Shown: positions 40,501 through 52,786 of the stretch, in pieces | Position numbering within the stretch: position 1 is the first letter of the stretch | How the letters are laid out: each line of letters opens with the position of its first letter | NCBI RefSeq assembly: GCF_006345805.1 | Contig: NC_042997.1 | Coordinates: 191,828,001 to 191,892,000 of the forward strand | Direction: 5' to 3' | Length of the DNA: 64,000 bases | Source: Octopus sinensis | Taxonomy: Eukaryota | Made by a program: the position numbers and the translations under genes | The notes under the pieces: generated by a model | Told to the model about the DNA's origin: nothing | Database searches by the model: none | What the model saw: the letters and a program-made list of their open reading frames with translations, nothing else

Positions 40501-43091
40501 CCAGTGGTCAAGTTGCTTGATTAAAGGCGGTACTCCAGCATGGCTGCAGTCAAATGACTGAAACAAGTAAAAGAGAGTATCATCTTGTAGCTTCAAGATT
40601 GTGAATGATGTGATTGTTTAATTTTAAAATGACATTGTACAGTGGGTGTGAGTAACAAGATCTGGCTGGTTTCAACATAAAACTGGTAAAATATTTTGGG
40701 ACAGATATGTATGGCTGGTTTAATGCTAAGGGTGAAAATGTGACAGCAGGAGTAAGAAAGAGAGAGAGAGAGAGTGGGGAGAGGGGCTGCTCCAGGTACT
40801 GGACTAGTATTCATTTTCAGTTGAGTAGATAGGAAAATTTGAAATACCTTGCTGAAGGACACAACATGCAGCCCAACCTAGGAAATGAACTCATGACTGT
40901 AAGGCCACGAGCTTAAAGTATTAACTACTAGGCCATGTGTTTTTTGTACTATGTCTTTTTTTTTTTTGAACTGTAAGATGGAATTTGGAGGAAATTTGGT
41001 TACTATTACTAGAATTTCAGTGATTACATAGAAGTTCCCTAATTGGATCATTCAATTTCAGAGAAACTGGCCATTGAAGATAATGAGAGCTGCAAGGGAG
41101 GTGGTTATTCTGCTTTCCAATATACTCATTAAGATGCCTCATTAATTCAGTTAAGAATGCCAATTTCCACAATAAATAATTGTTTGACATGTAATCCAGT
41201 GGGATAATTAAGGTATGTCAGTTAAAGAATAATGAGTTGATGATAGGACTGACCTTTAGGAATTCAGACAACTACATTTAAGATGGCAGAGGTAGAGATG
41301 ATAATAAAGGATTTCAAGTTAAACAGTACTCCCTTGTATGAGCAACATTTCAAACCACAACCGATACATTTGTTTTAATACATCTAAGATATTATAAAAG
41401 GCAGTGAGATAGCAGAACAGTTAGCTTGTTGGACAAAATGCTTAGCGGCATTTTATTCATCATTTTGTTCTGGGTTCAGGTTCTGCTGAAGTTGATTTTG
41501 CCTTTCATCCTTTCAGGGTCGATAAAATAAGTACCAGTTAAGCACTAGGGGCTAAACATAGGGGGGGTCAAACAAGGACAGACAAAGGGATTAAGTTGAT
41601 TAGATTGACCCCAGTGTGTAACTGGTATTTAATTTATTGACCCTGAAAGGATGAAAGGCAAAGTATTTGAACCCAGAACGTAACAGCAGACAAAATACTG
41701 CTCAGCATTTCGCCCGGCGTGCTAACATTTCTGCCAGTTCGCTACCTTATGCAGAATCACTCTTGGTGGTTTGAACATATTGTACAGTACCTCTGGGTGA
41801 AATGAAGATTTTAGTGGTGCCAGGGCCAGATTAAAGCCTGTAGAAGCCCTAAGCACTTAAAAGATTCTGATGGCCCCAAATATATGTAATTCAAAATATA
41901 AACAGTGATAAACCATAAAATAATTTTCTACTTTTCAAAATGAAACTAAACTAACAGTAAAAAGAAAAATAATGTTTATTTTTGCATATGTCTGCTTTAT
42001 TTATTGAAAACTTTTCTACTACTTTAAAAAAAATGCAAAGACTTTGATCAGATCTTCACTATGACACCATGAAAACTTTGAAATTATATTTCCAATCATA
42101 TAAACCACATTAAATATTATTTTAGCAAGTTCAAGGTGATTTCTTTTGTGCCATAAACCATTTACCATCACCTCCTTTGATGCCTTAAGCATGTGCTTAT
42201 TTTGCTTAATGGTTAATCCAGCACTGAGTGGTGTCAAGTTGATGTAGATTAACCCTAATTCATAACTATTTTAATGGACCAGGGGTTAGCTAACTTTTTC
42301 AAAACTGGGCCAGATAAGAACGTTACACTTAGCAGGCCCAGACGAATAGAAAATGAAATAAGGATTATAAAAGGTTATAAAACACAGCTATTTTTTAAAA
42401 AATTAATTTAATATTTTTTGTTGAGAACAGCAAAATACTTGCTTTTTGTATGAGGTGGGGGAAGCAAAATACTGTCAAAAATAACAGTAAGTGGCAATAA
42501 TTTAACATTGGCCTATAAACAGATTCAATGTATTTCAGGTTGGAAAATGTTTTTTCTTCTTTCACTTTTTGCATAAATTAGGTTGTGTGAAATACTGAAA
42601 CCCAACCATAAACAATGGATTTTAAAGAAAGAATATTTTTCATTTGAGAAGGAGATTTTTTTAGCATGTTATTTGACTGCAAATCACTAACTTTTAGTTG
42701 AAGATCTGAAGTGAGTTCTTTGAGAATGTAGTCAAAGGGATTGAGACAAATTTTTCTAATCTTCATCATCATCTTTATATAACGTCCACTTTACTATGTT
42801 AGCATTGGTTTAGACAGTGTTTGTTGAAGCAGGTTTTTTACAGTTAGATGCCCTTCTTGTTGTCAACCCTTATTTGTTTCCATACAAAGTAATATTTTTC
42901 TATGACTAGCTTTTTATGGAAGACTACAAACAAACAATTTTACTTGTATGACGATAGTACTCCTTTACAAATATCACATGATGCCTATGTAAGGATACAG
43001 ACACAAAGACACTCACACAAATACACACACAAAACAGGTTTCTTTCAGTTTCCATTTACCAAATCCACTCATAAGGCTTTGGTTGGCTTAA

Positions 43092-43312
43092 CCCTTTAGC
43101 ATTTAAACTGGCCATATCTGGCCAAAAGTATTCTGCCTGTTCTATGTTCAAACTGGCCAGATCTGGTCTCTCACACCAACCCTACAATATCGTTTTAAAA
43201 ATTAACAGCTACCTCATCAAAATCTCAAAGCTACAAGATAATGCATGATTAATGCAAAACAATGTGGATAAAAAAGGATTAATTTTGGCAGAATAATGCT
43301 AACACTAAAGGG
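43092..43312. mobile_element. piggyBac-type MITE, same family, splitting a SINE head
   Basis: TTAA at 43088-91 and 43313-16; the SINE resumes on both sides. Further partial copies near 39238-39455, 40111-40175 and 59735-59780. Confidence 0.9.
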
Positions 43313-45249
43313 TTAAGGCTGTGGTGGAAGACACTTGCTCAAGATGCCAGGGAGTGGGACTGAACCTAACACCACATGGTTAGGAAGCAAGCTTCTTAAC
43401 CAATCACATTTGCATCTCATGCTTTCACATTATCATTGAGAACTGAAAAATGCTATGGTAGCTATAGCATTCAAACTGGTGAGAATGTGTTTAGCAAATT
43501 CAAAAGGATATGAAGAATTTCCTTCTTGTATTTTTCACAGCAGGGTACGTGATTAAAGTTACTAGCTGGGAGTCAAACACAATTGATGTATATCAAAAAG
43601 TTATCACTGCAGACTACACCTAGCATATAAGCTTAGAATCACCTTGTAATCTAAGATTAAGATACCTCGTTAAGCTAGTTAAGAATACTAATTTCCACCC
43701 ATGCCAGTGGTACGTAGGGCCTTACAGAGGAAATGGCAAAGACCGAGACCTGAGATATGCTGTGACTGTGAAGACCCAACAAATGAAGTGAGTTCATGGC
43801 TCACAGGACGGCCTGCTGGCAATAACTGAATGCATGCAACCAAATAAAATTCATTATCGATATGAATGATTCTATTTACTAAAGACAAATTTGTTTTCCA
43901 CAAACTGCCTGTTGAATGATGCAGTGAAACACTATAGGTTTTATACATCTGACAGTGTAGCAAGCTTTGTAGACTTGCCCAACAAAAAAATTTCCAGCAC
44001 CACACATAAAATTTCTCTCCATTAGTTGCAATACACTTTGGATTTTGTCACACCAGGTTGTTCCTTCTTGATCCATGCTTGGCTCATAAGGGCCGGTTTC
44101 CCGGTTTCTTGGCATATAAGTTCCCCACCTGGACGGGACACCGGTCCATCGCAGGTGAGCTGCAAGATGCAGGAGGAAAGAGTGAGAGAAAGTTGTGGCG
44201 AAAGAGTCAGCAAAAGTTTCGCCATTACCTTCTGCCAGAGCCGCGTGGAGCTTAGGTGTTTCGCTCATAAACACATACACATCGTCTGGTCTGAGATTCG
44301 AACCCGCGATCCCTCGACCGCAAGTCCGCTGCTCTAACCACTAGGCCATGTGCCTCCACTCACACCAGGTTCATCATCAACATCCTCATTTTTAATGTCC
44401 ACTTTTCCATGCTTGAATGGGTCTATTGAAATTAGCTGAAGCAGATTTTCTATAGCTAGATGCAGTTCCTCTTCCCTCTTTCCAAGTAAAGTAATTTTTC
44501 TCCCATCACCAAACATATTTTCATGAAAGATTGGGAATGAAAGATACTGCATATATGATAATGACACTCGTTAAAAACTATTATGTGATGTTAAGGTAGC
44601 ACACATACACAAACACACACATGATGGGTTTCTTTCAGTTTCTGTTAACTAAATCCATTCACAAGGCTTTGGTGAACACTTGCCAAAGGTGGCGCACAGT
44701 GAGACTGAATCCAAAACCATGCGTGGCACTTTCGGGCAAGTGTATTCTACTATAGCCCTGGGGCAACCAAAGCCTTGTGAGTAGATTGCACTCAATGCAT
44801 CTTCATCTCTTTAAAACTGTCTTCTTTGTTAGTAATTCTTCCACACATGTTGCTCCATGAAGTTAGTTCTTCATCTAGTATTTATTCCTCAAATGAACAT
44901 TAATAGTAATGAAATGCCAGACACATCTGTTGAGTCATCAAGAATCTATTGTTTGTTTAATTAAAACAGGTTGCTGTTACCTATAGCGTCAATGCTTTTA
45001 TCTATGGTTTCCTTACATTTAAAAAAATTTTTTGAAAGAACCAATATTCCTGGATAAATCCATTCTTTCTGGATATATAGGCATGGAAGTGGCTGTGTGG
45101 TAAGAAGCTTGCTTTCTAACCACATGGTTCAGGGTTCAGTCCCACTGAGTGGCACCTTGGGCAAGTGTCTCCTACTATGGTCTCGGGCCAACCAAAGTCT
45201 TGTGAGTGGATTTGGTAGAAGTAAACTGAAGGAAGCCCATCATATATAT

Positions 45250-45373
45250 ATATATATGTATATAGTTACAGAAAAGACAAAGACAGGTGAAGGAACAACA
45301 AACTGGTGTATTAGTTAAACGCTCGAGAAGAATTGAAAAGTCTTTAACGTTTCAAGCCTACACTCTTCGACAG

Positions 45374-45419
<46 letters not shown>

Positions 45420-45632
45420 AAATACAAAATGAGACAAGAACGCAAAATATCCGGACAAGTAGGTGATACAAAAAGGGACAACAAAACATCCAGATAGATG
45501 ATACAAAAAAAATAAGGACGGGTCATTTGAAGCCCTTTATCTTCAGTCAAGAACCAGATCATCCTCGCAATTTCGGCTGATTAATTTTGAGATTGCTCCA
45601 ATCTGGCCAGCCCCAAGGAAAAACTAAGCTTC
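45250..45632 (-). mobile_element. Two Penelope-like fragments separated by (TA)n, inserted in the hinge of a SINE
   Basis: 45250-45378 is the reverse complement of the pLTR family with the motif at 45340-45375; it is flanked by (TA)n. The 45412-45632 assignment is weaker. Confidence 0.6.
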
Positions 45633-46329
45633 TTTTTACTTGTTTAAGTCATTAGACTGCAACCATGCTGGGGAACCACCTTGAAGAATTTTTAGTTGGA
45701 TGAATCTTGACCCCAGGACTGATTTCTTTAAGTCTGATACTTATTCTATTGATCTTTTTTTGCCAAACCGCTAAGTTACAGGGACGCAAACACACCAACA
45801 CCAGTAATCAAACAGTGGTGGGGAACAAACACAGGCACAAAAACACACACACAATGGGCTTGTTTCAGTTTCTGTCTACCAAATCCACTTACAAGACTTT
45901 GGTCGGGCCATGGCTATAGCAGAAGACACTTGCCCAAGGTGCTATGCAGTGGGACTGAACCCTGAACCATGTGGTTGGGAAGCAAGCTTCCCACCACAGA
46001 CACACACATGCATGTGTATGTGTGTGTGTGTATTGCTAAACATCACGTGTTCTTAAAATGGTAATGCAATACAGGTTGAAAACAGACAATAAAACATACA
46101 GAACAATACAACAGGTTTCAAAGGGCAACATTAATAAAAGGTTATATAAATATAATAAATACGTAACATATATGTTAAAAAACAGAAACAAGATAATTTG
46201 CCAGTGATGGTCTGGTCAAACTCATCTAACAAGTTGATGGCCACTGTCTATCTGTGTGTTTGCATGTACGTACATACATGTGTATGCATATATATGTAGG
46301 TATCTGTGTGTATGTATGCATTTTTTTTT

Positions 46330-46625
46330 TTCGCCCTTTTCAAGCCTAGCCAGGTTCACGGGCCCGGTTTCCTGGTTTCTGTGGCGTATGTGTTCCCCCA
46401 CCCCAGATGGACGGGATGCCAGTCCATTGCAGCGTTACAGGAAGAAAGAGTGAGAGAAAGTTGGGGTGAAAGAGTACAATAGGGGTCGCCACCACCTCCT
46501 GCTGGAGCCTCGTGGAGCTTTAGGTGTTTGCACTCAATAAATACACACAACGCCCAGTTGGGAATCGAAACTGCAATCCTCCAACTGCGAGTCCGCTACC
46601 CTAACCACTGGGCCGTTGCGCCTCC
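46330..46625 (-). mobile_element. SINE family D (tRNA-derived, poly(A) tail)
   Basis: Head ggaggcgcaacggcccagtggttaggg..gtttcgattccc; body gatggactggcgtcccgtcc. Copies at about 38850-39163 and 44080-44357, all on minus. Confidence 0.88.
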
Positions 46626-47635
46626 ACGTATGTATGCATATGCATATATATGTATATAAGTGTGTGTGTGTGTATTTCCTTGTCTTGACAGTTGTAAATG
46701 AGTGCCACGGTCATTCATTTCTGATATTCTACATAAACATATCTGGCCCTGGGGAAATATTACTTTGCTCAGAAGCAAGTGAGGGTTAGTGACAGGAAAG
46801 CCATCCAGCTGTAAGAAAATCTACTTTAATAAACTCAGTCTGGCTCACATATGCGTGGAAAAGTGGACCTTAAACTAATGATGATATATAGAAGTTGGGT
46901 GAGAATGAACAGTAAATATTTTTTTAGTTTATGAAGTTGATCGATTTATATTGTAACAATATAAATCGATTATTTATAAACATGATCTGACGGAAAGTGA
47001 TTCAGCAATTTTATTTGTCATTTAATTCAAATGTGTAAGACAGTTCAAAATGTGAATGAGCAAATGGCTGATTCAGTTTGAGATTCTTTCAACAATATTA
47101 TGATAGGAAGAATAAAAAAAAATGGACAGCTGTTCAAACTGCTAGGAGCTAAATGAAGAAGAGAAAAAATTTTCTTGACTTTTATTTTATATAGTTAAAA
47201 TGGCGACCAGAATACATGGAGCTGATTGGTCCTTTTAAAACAGGTGAAAATCTGAAAATGTCACCTATTGTAATGAAAGAATTGCTATACATTTAACCTT
47301 TAAGCATATAAATTGTCAATATCCAGCCCAAAGAATCTACCTGTTTTATGTTCAAAATAGCTAAATCCAGCCTTCTCTAACTTACTTACCTACAACGTCA
47401 TTCTAGAAATAGATAGCCACATTATTGAAATCTCAATGTTACAAGATAATACACGATTAATTCTATACAATGTGAATAAATAAGCATTGCATTTGGCAGT
47501 AATTTGAATGCTAAAAGGTAAAGGATACAAAAACCAGGAAGTATGATGACATAGTGTGCAGTGAAGAGTTGAAAGATTATTAGTTAAGCTGAATAGGGGC
47601 AATTGTGGTTTCCATGTATGTGAACACCTTTTCAA

Positions 47636-47988
47636 ACTCCACCTGTCTAACACCCGTGGACATATTTACAAAGTAAGAAAACAGCACAGCTCCCATGACT
47701 TTCAGAAACATTTTTTCACGCTAAGAGTTGCTGAAGCATGGAACAAACTGCCGGCATCAGCTGTTAGTTGTCGGAGCACTGCATCCTTCAAAACTTCCAT
47801 GCTTCCTGAGATTCGCCAACACTACGCCTTATTTTCTCCCCTCCATACACACGCAAGCATGTATCTGACTCATACACTGTTCACTCTCCAGACATTTGTA
47901 CATTACTGCATATGCTTTATATGCACTTTTGACAAGTTGTGGTGCACCTGAGCACTGTATACAATAATTTCATTATTATTATTATTAT
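47636..47988 (+). mobile_element. 3' fragment of the same CR1 family (longer 3' UTR), (ATT)n tail
   Basis: High similarity to 57790-58064 (..catgactttcagaaacattt..gttgctgaagcatggaa..gtgcacctgagcactgta). Confidence 0.92.
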
Positions 47989-49194
47989 ATGATACTAGGA
48001 AATTTACCTGCTTTCTTTGATGATCAGGTAAATATTTGTTGCTATTCCCTCCTTCCCTGAGACTGATTGTTCATCCAAACTACATTGTGTCAGTGTATGA
48101 GACACTATTAATCTATGTTGCTTCATTCATGTGGGAAGGTGAAAACATTTACTGCTTAAAATATTGAACTTGGGTAAACTTTCATTTTCACCAAATGAAC
48201 AAATCTTCCTTTTGAATTCAAGTAAGAAGACACTGATTCATTTAAAACCACTGCAAAGGAGAGACTTTTGCTATCATCATCATCATCGTTTAACATCCAC
48301 TTTCCATGCTAGCATGGGTTGGACAATTTAACTGAGGACTGATGAACCAGATGGCTGCACCAGGCTTCAATCTTGATCTGGCAGAGTTTCTACAGCTGGA
48401 TGCCCTTCCTAACGCCAACCACTCTGAGAGTGTAGTAAATTTTTTCAATATATATTTTTCAATATTGAATTTATTGATTTCATTGTTTACTAACCTATGA
48501 TAGACAAAGAAAACAAAACCTAAAGCATTTTTGTATATATAATGTCATCATCGCCATGAAACCTTAGACATTACCATCTCAAGCCCTAAAACTCAGAAAG
48601 CCAGTTACCCAGTAACCATGGAGCATGACTGAGATTACAACATTCTCTTTGAGCAGGACACTAGTCAAGTAGGATTGCTTAAGTCCCTATGATCAAAAGC
48701 CTTCTAGCAGCAACCATCTGATCTTTTTTCTTTTCAAACAGTGTATCCAGGAAAACATAAGCCAATGAGTTTAACTTTAAGAGGGCAAGGGTGTGATAAT
48801 GAATTTTAGCTGTTGTTTCTAGTGGGTCAAGTGGCCGCATAGAGGCATCTTTAATAACTTGCTTGATTTCTGGTATTTTTAAGTTGTTATTCTATCTGTC
48901 ACACTTGAATCCTACTTTTATTTAAGAAAATCTGTCCACTTTAAGATCGTTAAAAACTGACAATATCCCTCTTTTACTATTCTTTTACTTTGGACAATAA
49001 AGTTATACATAAGACAAAAAAGATAGAATGGTGACAGCTGGAATGTCTTTGAATCATAGATATGCTTTGGTCAAGGCTGACTTATAGCCATATGTGGATG
49101 ACCTGGTAGCTGAACAATAGACACCTTCACAATTCTTAAGCATATCTTGTCCATCCTACTTGGTAGTAGAGTAGGCAAGAGCAGAGAAAGAATA

Positions 49195-49428
49195 GTTAGT
49201 TAGTTAGTTAGTTAATTTGGCTCAAAAGCAAATAGCAAGGCCATGTAGGGGGACATGGAGTTAAGTACAGGGTGGTGTTCATGTAAAGAGATCAGGCCAC
49301 TTGAGGTCCAGGGAGGCTTTGAACAAAGCGGTCGTCGGCATCTTCACCATCTCGTCTGGCAGCTTGTTCCACGGATCCGCAACCCGGACGGAGAAAGCTC
49401 TTCTCCTTCGATTGAGATGAAATCGTCA
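49195..49428 (-). mobile_element. 3' end of a second CR1-like LINE family with (TAAC)n tail
   Basis: Minus frame reads RRFHLNRRRRAFSVRVADPWNKLPDEMVKMPTTALFKASLDLKWPDLFT*. Confidence 0.85.
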
Positions 49429-51007
49429 AGACAAGAGCCATAAACTGTATAAAGAGGTAAGCAGTTTTGATGGTTTATGATGCCATCACACAAGTTTGGA
49501 TAAATGGGCCAAACTCAGTCATGACATGTATGTCAATAAAGGATGACTAACATAAAATGAGCCAGGTTCTGTTATTCCTTTATTGGGGTTACAATTGGAC
49601 AGCGACTATGTTAGGATGTCACCTTCAAGGGCTTCAGTCATTTACAACAACCATAATATATGGTGTACCAGAAATACCTATCAAAGAATTTTCTGCCACA
49701 TCCTGCCCCTAGTGAAGTCAGGCAGGTTGTAACAGTGTAGCTAAGGCTTGACCATTTTTTTCCAGTTACCATCATGGTTTGGACCAGTGCAAACTGTGCA
49801 TTTGATGTTGAATCAGGAAGGCTTTTTGCAGTACCCTATACCTTACTCTAACATTTATTTTATTGGTCTTGTAAGAGATAAAATAGATAAGTCCACCCTG
49901 GCATAAAGGAATTTAATGTGAACTAAATACAAGATATTTTTTAGCTATGCACTAATTTTTGTTTCACCATCCTTTGCAAATAGACACCCTGCCACGAACA
50001 TAATTTACATCTACTTTGCCATACTGACATGGGTTAAACGAGTTGTTAGTTAGAGTAAGTTCCTACTGAGAGTCATCCCATCTTAAACACATTGTGAACT
50101 ACATGTTGCTTGTATGTTCCATGTTGTGGTACGTTTTCTATGACGGGGTGGCCTTCATATCACCAATGTTACAAGGCGTACAAAGTGCATTTTATCATAT
50201 CACCAGCACCAGAGAGGTGGTCTTGGTCCTAGCAAGACTAAAAAGTCTTCTGTTTAGTCTCCATTCATTTGCTAATCATTTAACAGGGTGTTCTGGGTGC
50301 ATGCACCAACCACTTTACAGTATGTACTGGGAGCATTTTATGGCACCAGCACTAATATAAATATTTAATACACAACACTATGCATGCATATACACACATA
50401 CGATAAATAGTTTGTCTAACAAGATGGTGAACCTGATGAGATGGTATGACTGCTCAAAGTACTGCAAAGTAGGGATAAACCTAGGTTGCAAAGTGAACTC
50501 CTAAACCCCATGGATATGAACTGACCGTATGAAAAAGCACAATAGGGAAAACTAGAAATTGCCTTTTTATTATTTCTTTTTAATAAGATATATGTGTTTG
50601 TAAGATGGAATACCCAGTCAATAAATAGTGTATAAAATGTGGTATTTACAGCAGATGACATTAAAAATAGATAAACCTGTAATAAAACAAGACTCTAGAA
50701 AGGCTAGATGCTGTAGTCTGATCATTCAACTTCATATATACAGCATAGATAGGTGATCCTTAATATCGTGAGCTGTTCCCAGTCCCCGCCAAAATGCTTT
50801 TATATGGCTGCCTTAATTGACTTCATGTCATAGAGCTATAAATCAGTTGCTCATAAGGAATTGTAGCAGTTTAGCTCATCTGTTAACATAAGAGCAATTA
50901 TAATAAATGTAATGATTTTTTTTTTTATAATAGTTAAAATTATATTATCTTAATTATACAATCCTGATTGTAATAAGATTAAAGATGGCCATTATATTTG
51001 GTGATAC

Positions 51008-51088
51008 GAACTAAAGTTGTAACAATGAAACTTGTTTTAATAAAGATATGAACTAAAATTGTAACAATGAAACTTATTTTAATAAAGA
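51008..51088. repeat. 42-bp tandem duplication
   Basis: gaactaaa(g/a)ttgtaacaatgaaactt(g/a)ttttaataaaga occurs twice in a row. Confidence 0.9.
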
Positions 51089-51714
51089 ATTATTCTTTGA
51101 AGGCCATTTGCTTTCTATTTGTTGATTATTGTCTACCTGACACCACAAGAAATCACCTGCCTGGCTACTTACTATAATTAACTATTTTGAAGCAGTATAC
51201 AATAATCTTAGAGACTGTTTATTTTTGCTGTTGTGATTAGAAACCATTATCATCGTTATTAATTCATTGTGTGTTTGTTAGTTACCGCAAATATTGCCTT
51301 GACACAAATTCTGGAGTTCTGGCTGTCTAAAATACAAATAAAAGTTTTGAATTCGTCAGATGAATTGCAGTGACATGATGCGCGATTGCCTGTCATTTTA
51401 GAAATGTATTTCGTTGCAAGAATTTAATAATAGGAAATAGTATAATATTCAGGGACCACATCATATCCAACAAGTTTTAACAATAAATGACAAAAATAAG
51501 ACATTGCAATTGACCACAAATAGCTCAGAAATGAAATGAAACAGCAAGTCGAGATATTCATGTCTTTCACAATAGTATTAGCATTATAAATATTGTAAAT
51601 CAATAATTTCAACTAAGAATCGAAGTCCGGTTTGCCAATTCGGTTCGAAGAGAATTTACCGCCGCACAATGCAAGTAACTTCTAATAATTATAGGTAATA
51701 AGCAAAATACTTAC

Positions 51715-52786
51715 AGAAATAGAGAACGGCTTCACTTTGTATGACTCCAATCCATAAAGTTCCGGCAGCTTTTGATACAAGTCCGACAGCAGCGATAGTT
51801 GTATCCGATACATGGTAACGTAAAAACGGTACTGCTAGAACTGTTCCCAAAGCTGAACAGGCCATTCCAACCGATAGAAAGATACCAATTTTAACCGATG
51901 GCCATACAAACGGTTTGCCGAGTAGATAAAGTACCAATGTGTTAAGTTGTCCAATGTGAACCATGGCATACGTCTGGAAAGCAAGGATGGCAAACCATAT
52001 CTTCAGCAAAGCGGCATCTTTGCATTTGAATAATTTTAGTAACGGTTGGAATGTGTCATAGCAACAGTTTTCAGTGGAAGGTTCAGTGCGGCGTGCTGTT
52101 TGTATTTCTTCCACGCCGAACACGACGAGAAAGACGGAAAATAAAGATAGGCAAAATGTAAACCAGAAGGGTTGGAGAAACCCAGAATAATGAACCCAAA
52201 CGCCCACAACAATGTTTCCTATTGCATAAGTAGCGCCATTAATAAATTCTTGCACAGCAAGACGTGATGATCGATTTTCTGGGGCTACTGAATTTATCGC
52301 ATAAAAAGAAGATCCAGCCATTAAAGACACAGAACTGCCACTAAGTCCTCGTAGGGCTGACGCCATGAAAAGTCCATCGATATTCCAGCCTGTATATAAA
52401 ATGAGGATGTAGAGTAAAGAATAAGCAGTGATTCCTAAGGTTGGTAAAACAATCATGATCTTGCGTCGACCTGTACGATCGCCAACGGCTCCCAGAATAA
52501 TGACAGACACAACTGCTGGGAGACCCTCAGCGATCTGAAGACTAAGAATGGATATAGCACTTTCCTCTTGAGCTGAAGTGCTCGGAGTTGTTATATTATC
52601 TGTGTTTGGTGGATGGAAGTTGCCACTGTAACTGTTGCCTTTCTTAAAATCCGATGTATCAAGGTGGTATTTTTTGGAGATTTCAGCTTGAACGTATTCT
52701 TGAAAAAGTGGTAAAGTCATGTGCCAAGAGAGGAAAAAACAGGTATAAACCATTTCGACGACATAGGATCGCAGTTCACCCCACAT
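51715..52786 (-). CDS. SLC46A1-like: SLC46-family MFS transporter (proton-coupled folate transporter-like), first coding exon (357 codons + 1 nt)
   Basis: ATG at 52786 in aaaaATG context. About 10 hydrophobic helices, MFS motif A GAVGDRTGRR, RLAVQE, PFW, VHIG..LVLY..KPFVW; aligns by eye to human PCFT recalled from memory. The ORF runs into a donor T|GTAAGT at 51715/51714, so the tail CKYFAYYL is intronic. Paralogue assignment (A1 vs A3) needs a tree. Confidence 0.93.

Larger units (their letters stand above)
5199..51714 (-). other. 46,516-bp GT-AG intron of the SLC46 gene, mostly transposon-derived
   Basis: The flanking exons join in phase with no gap in the protein alignment, so no intervening coding exon is needed. 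Confidence 0.88.

Noticed and set aside
45505-45560. CTGAAGA on minus as another hammerhead
   Set aside because: No pairing stem II and no GAAA at the proper position.
46550-46625. tRNA-like sequences (also the heads of families A and B)
   Set aside because: A/B boxes run straight into SINE bodies and no full cloverleaf was found.
51689-51714. ORF-track C-terminus CKYFAYYL* of the 365-aa protein
   Set aside because: It is read-through past a GTAAGT donor; homology continues in the 84-nt exon.
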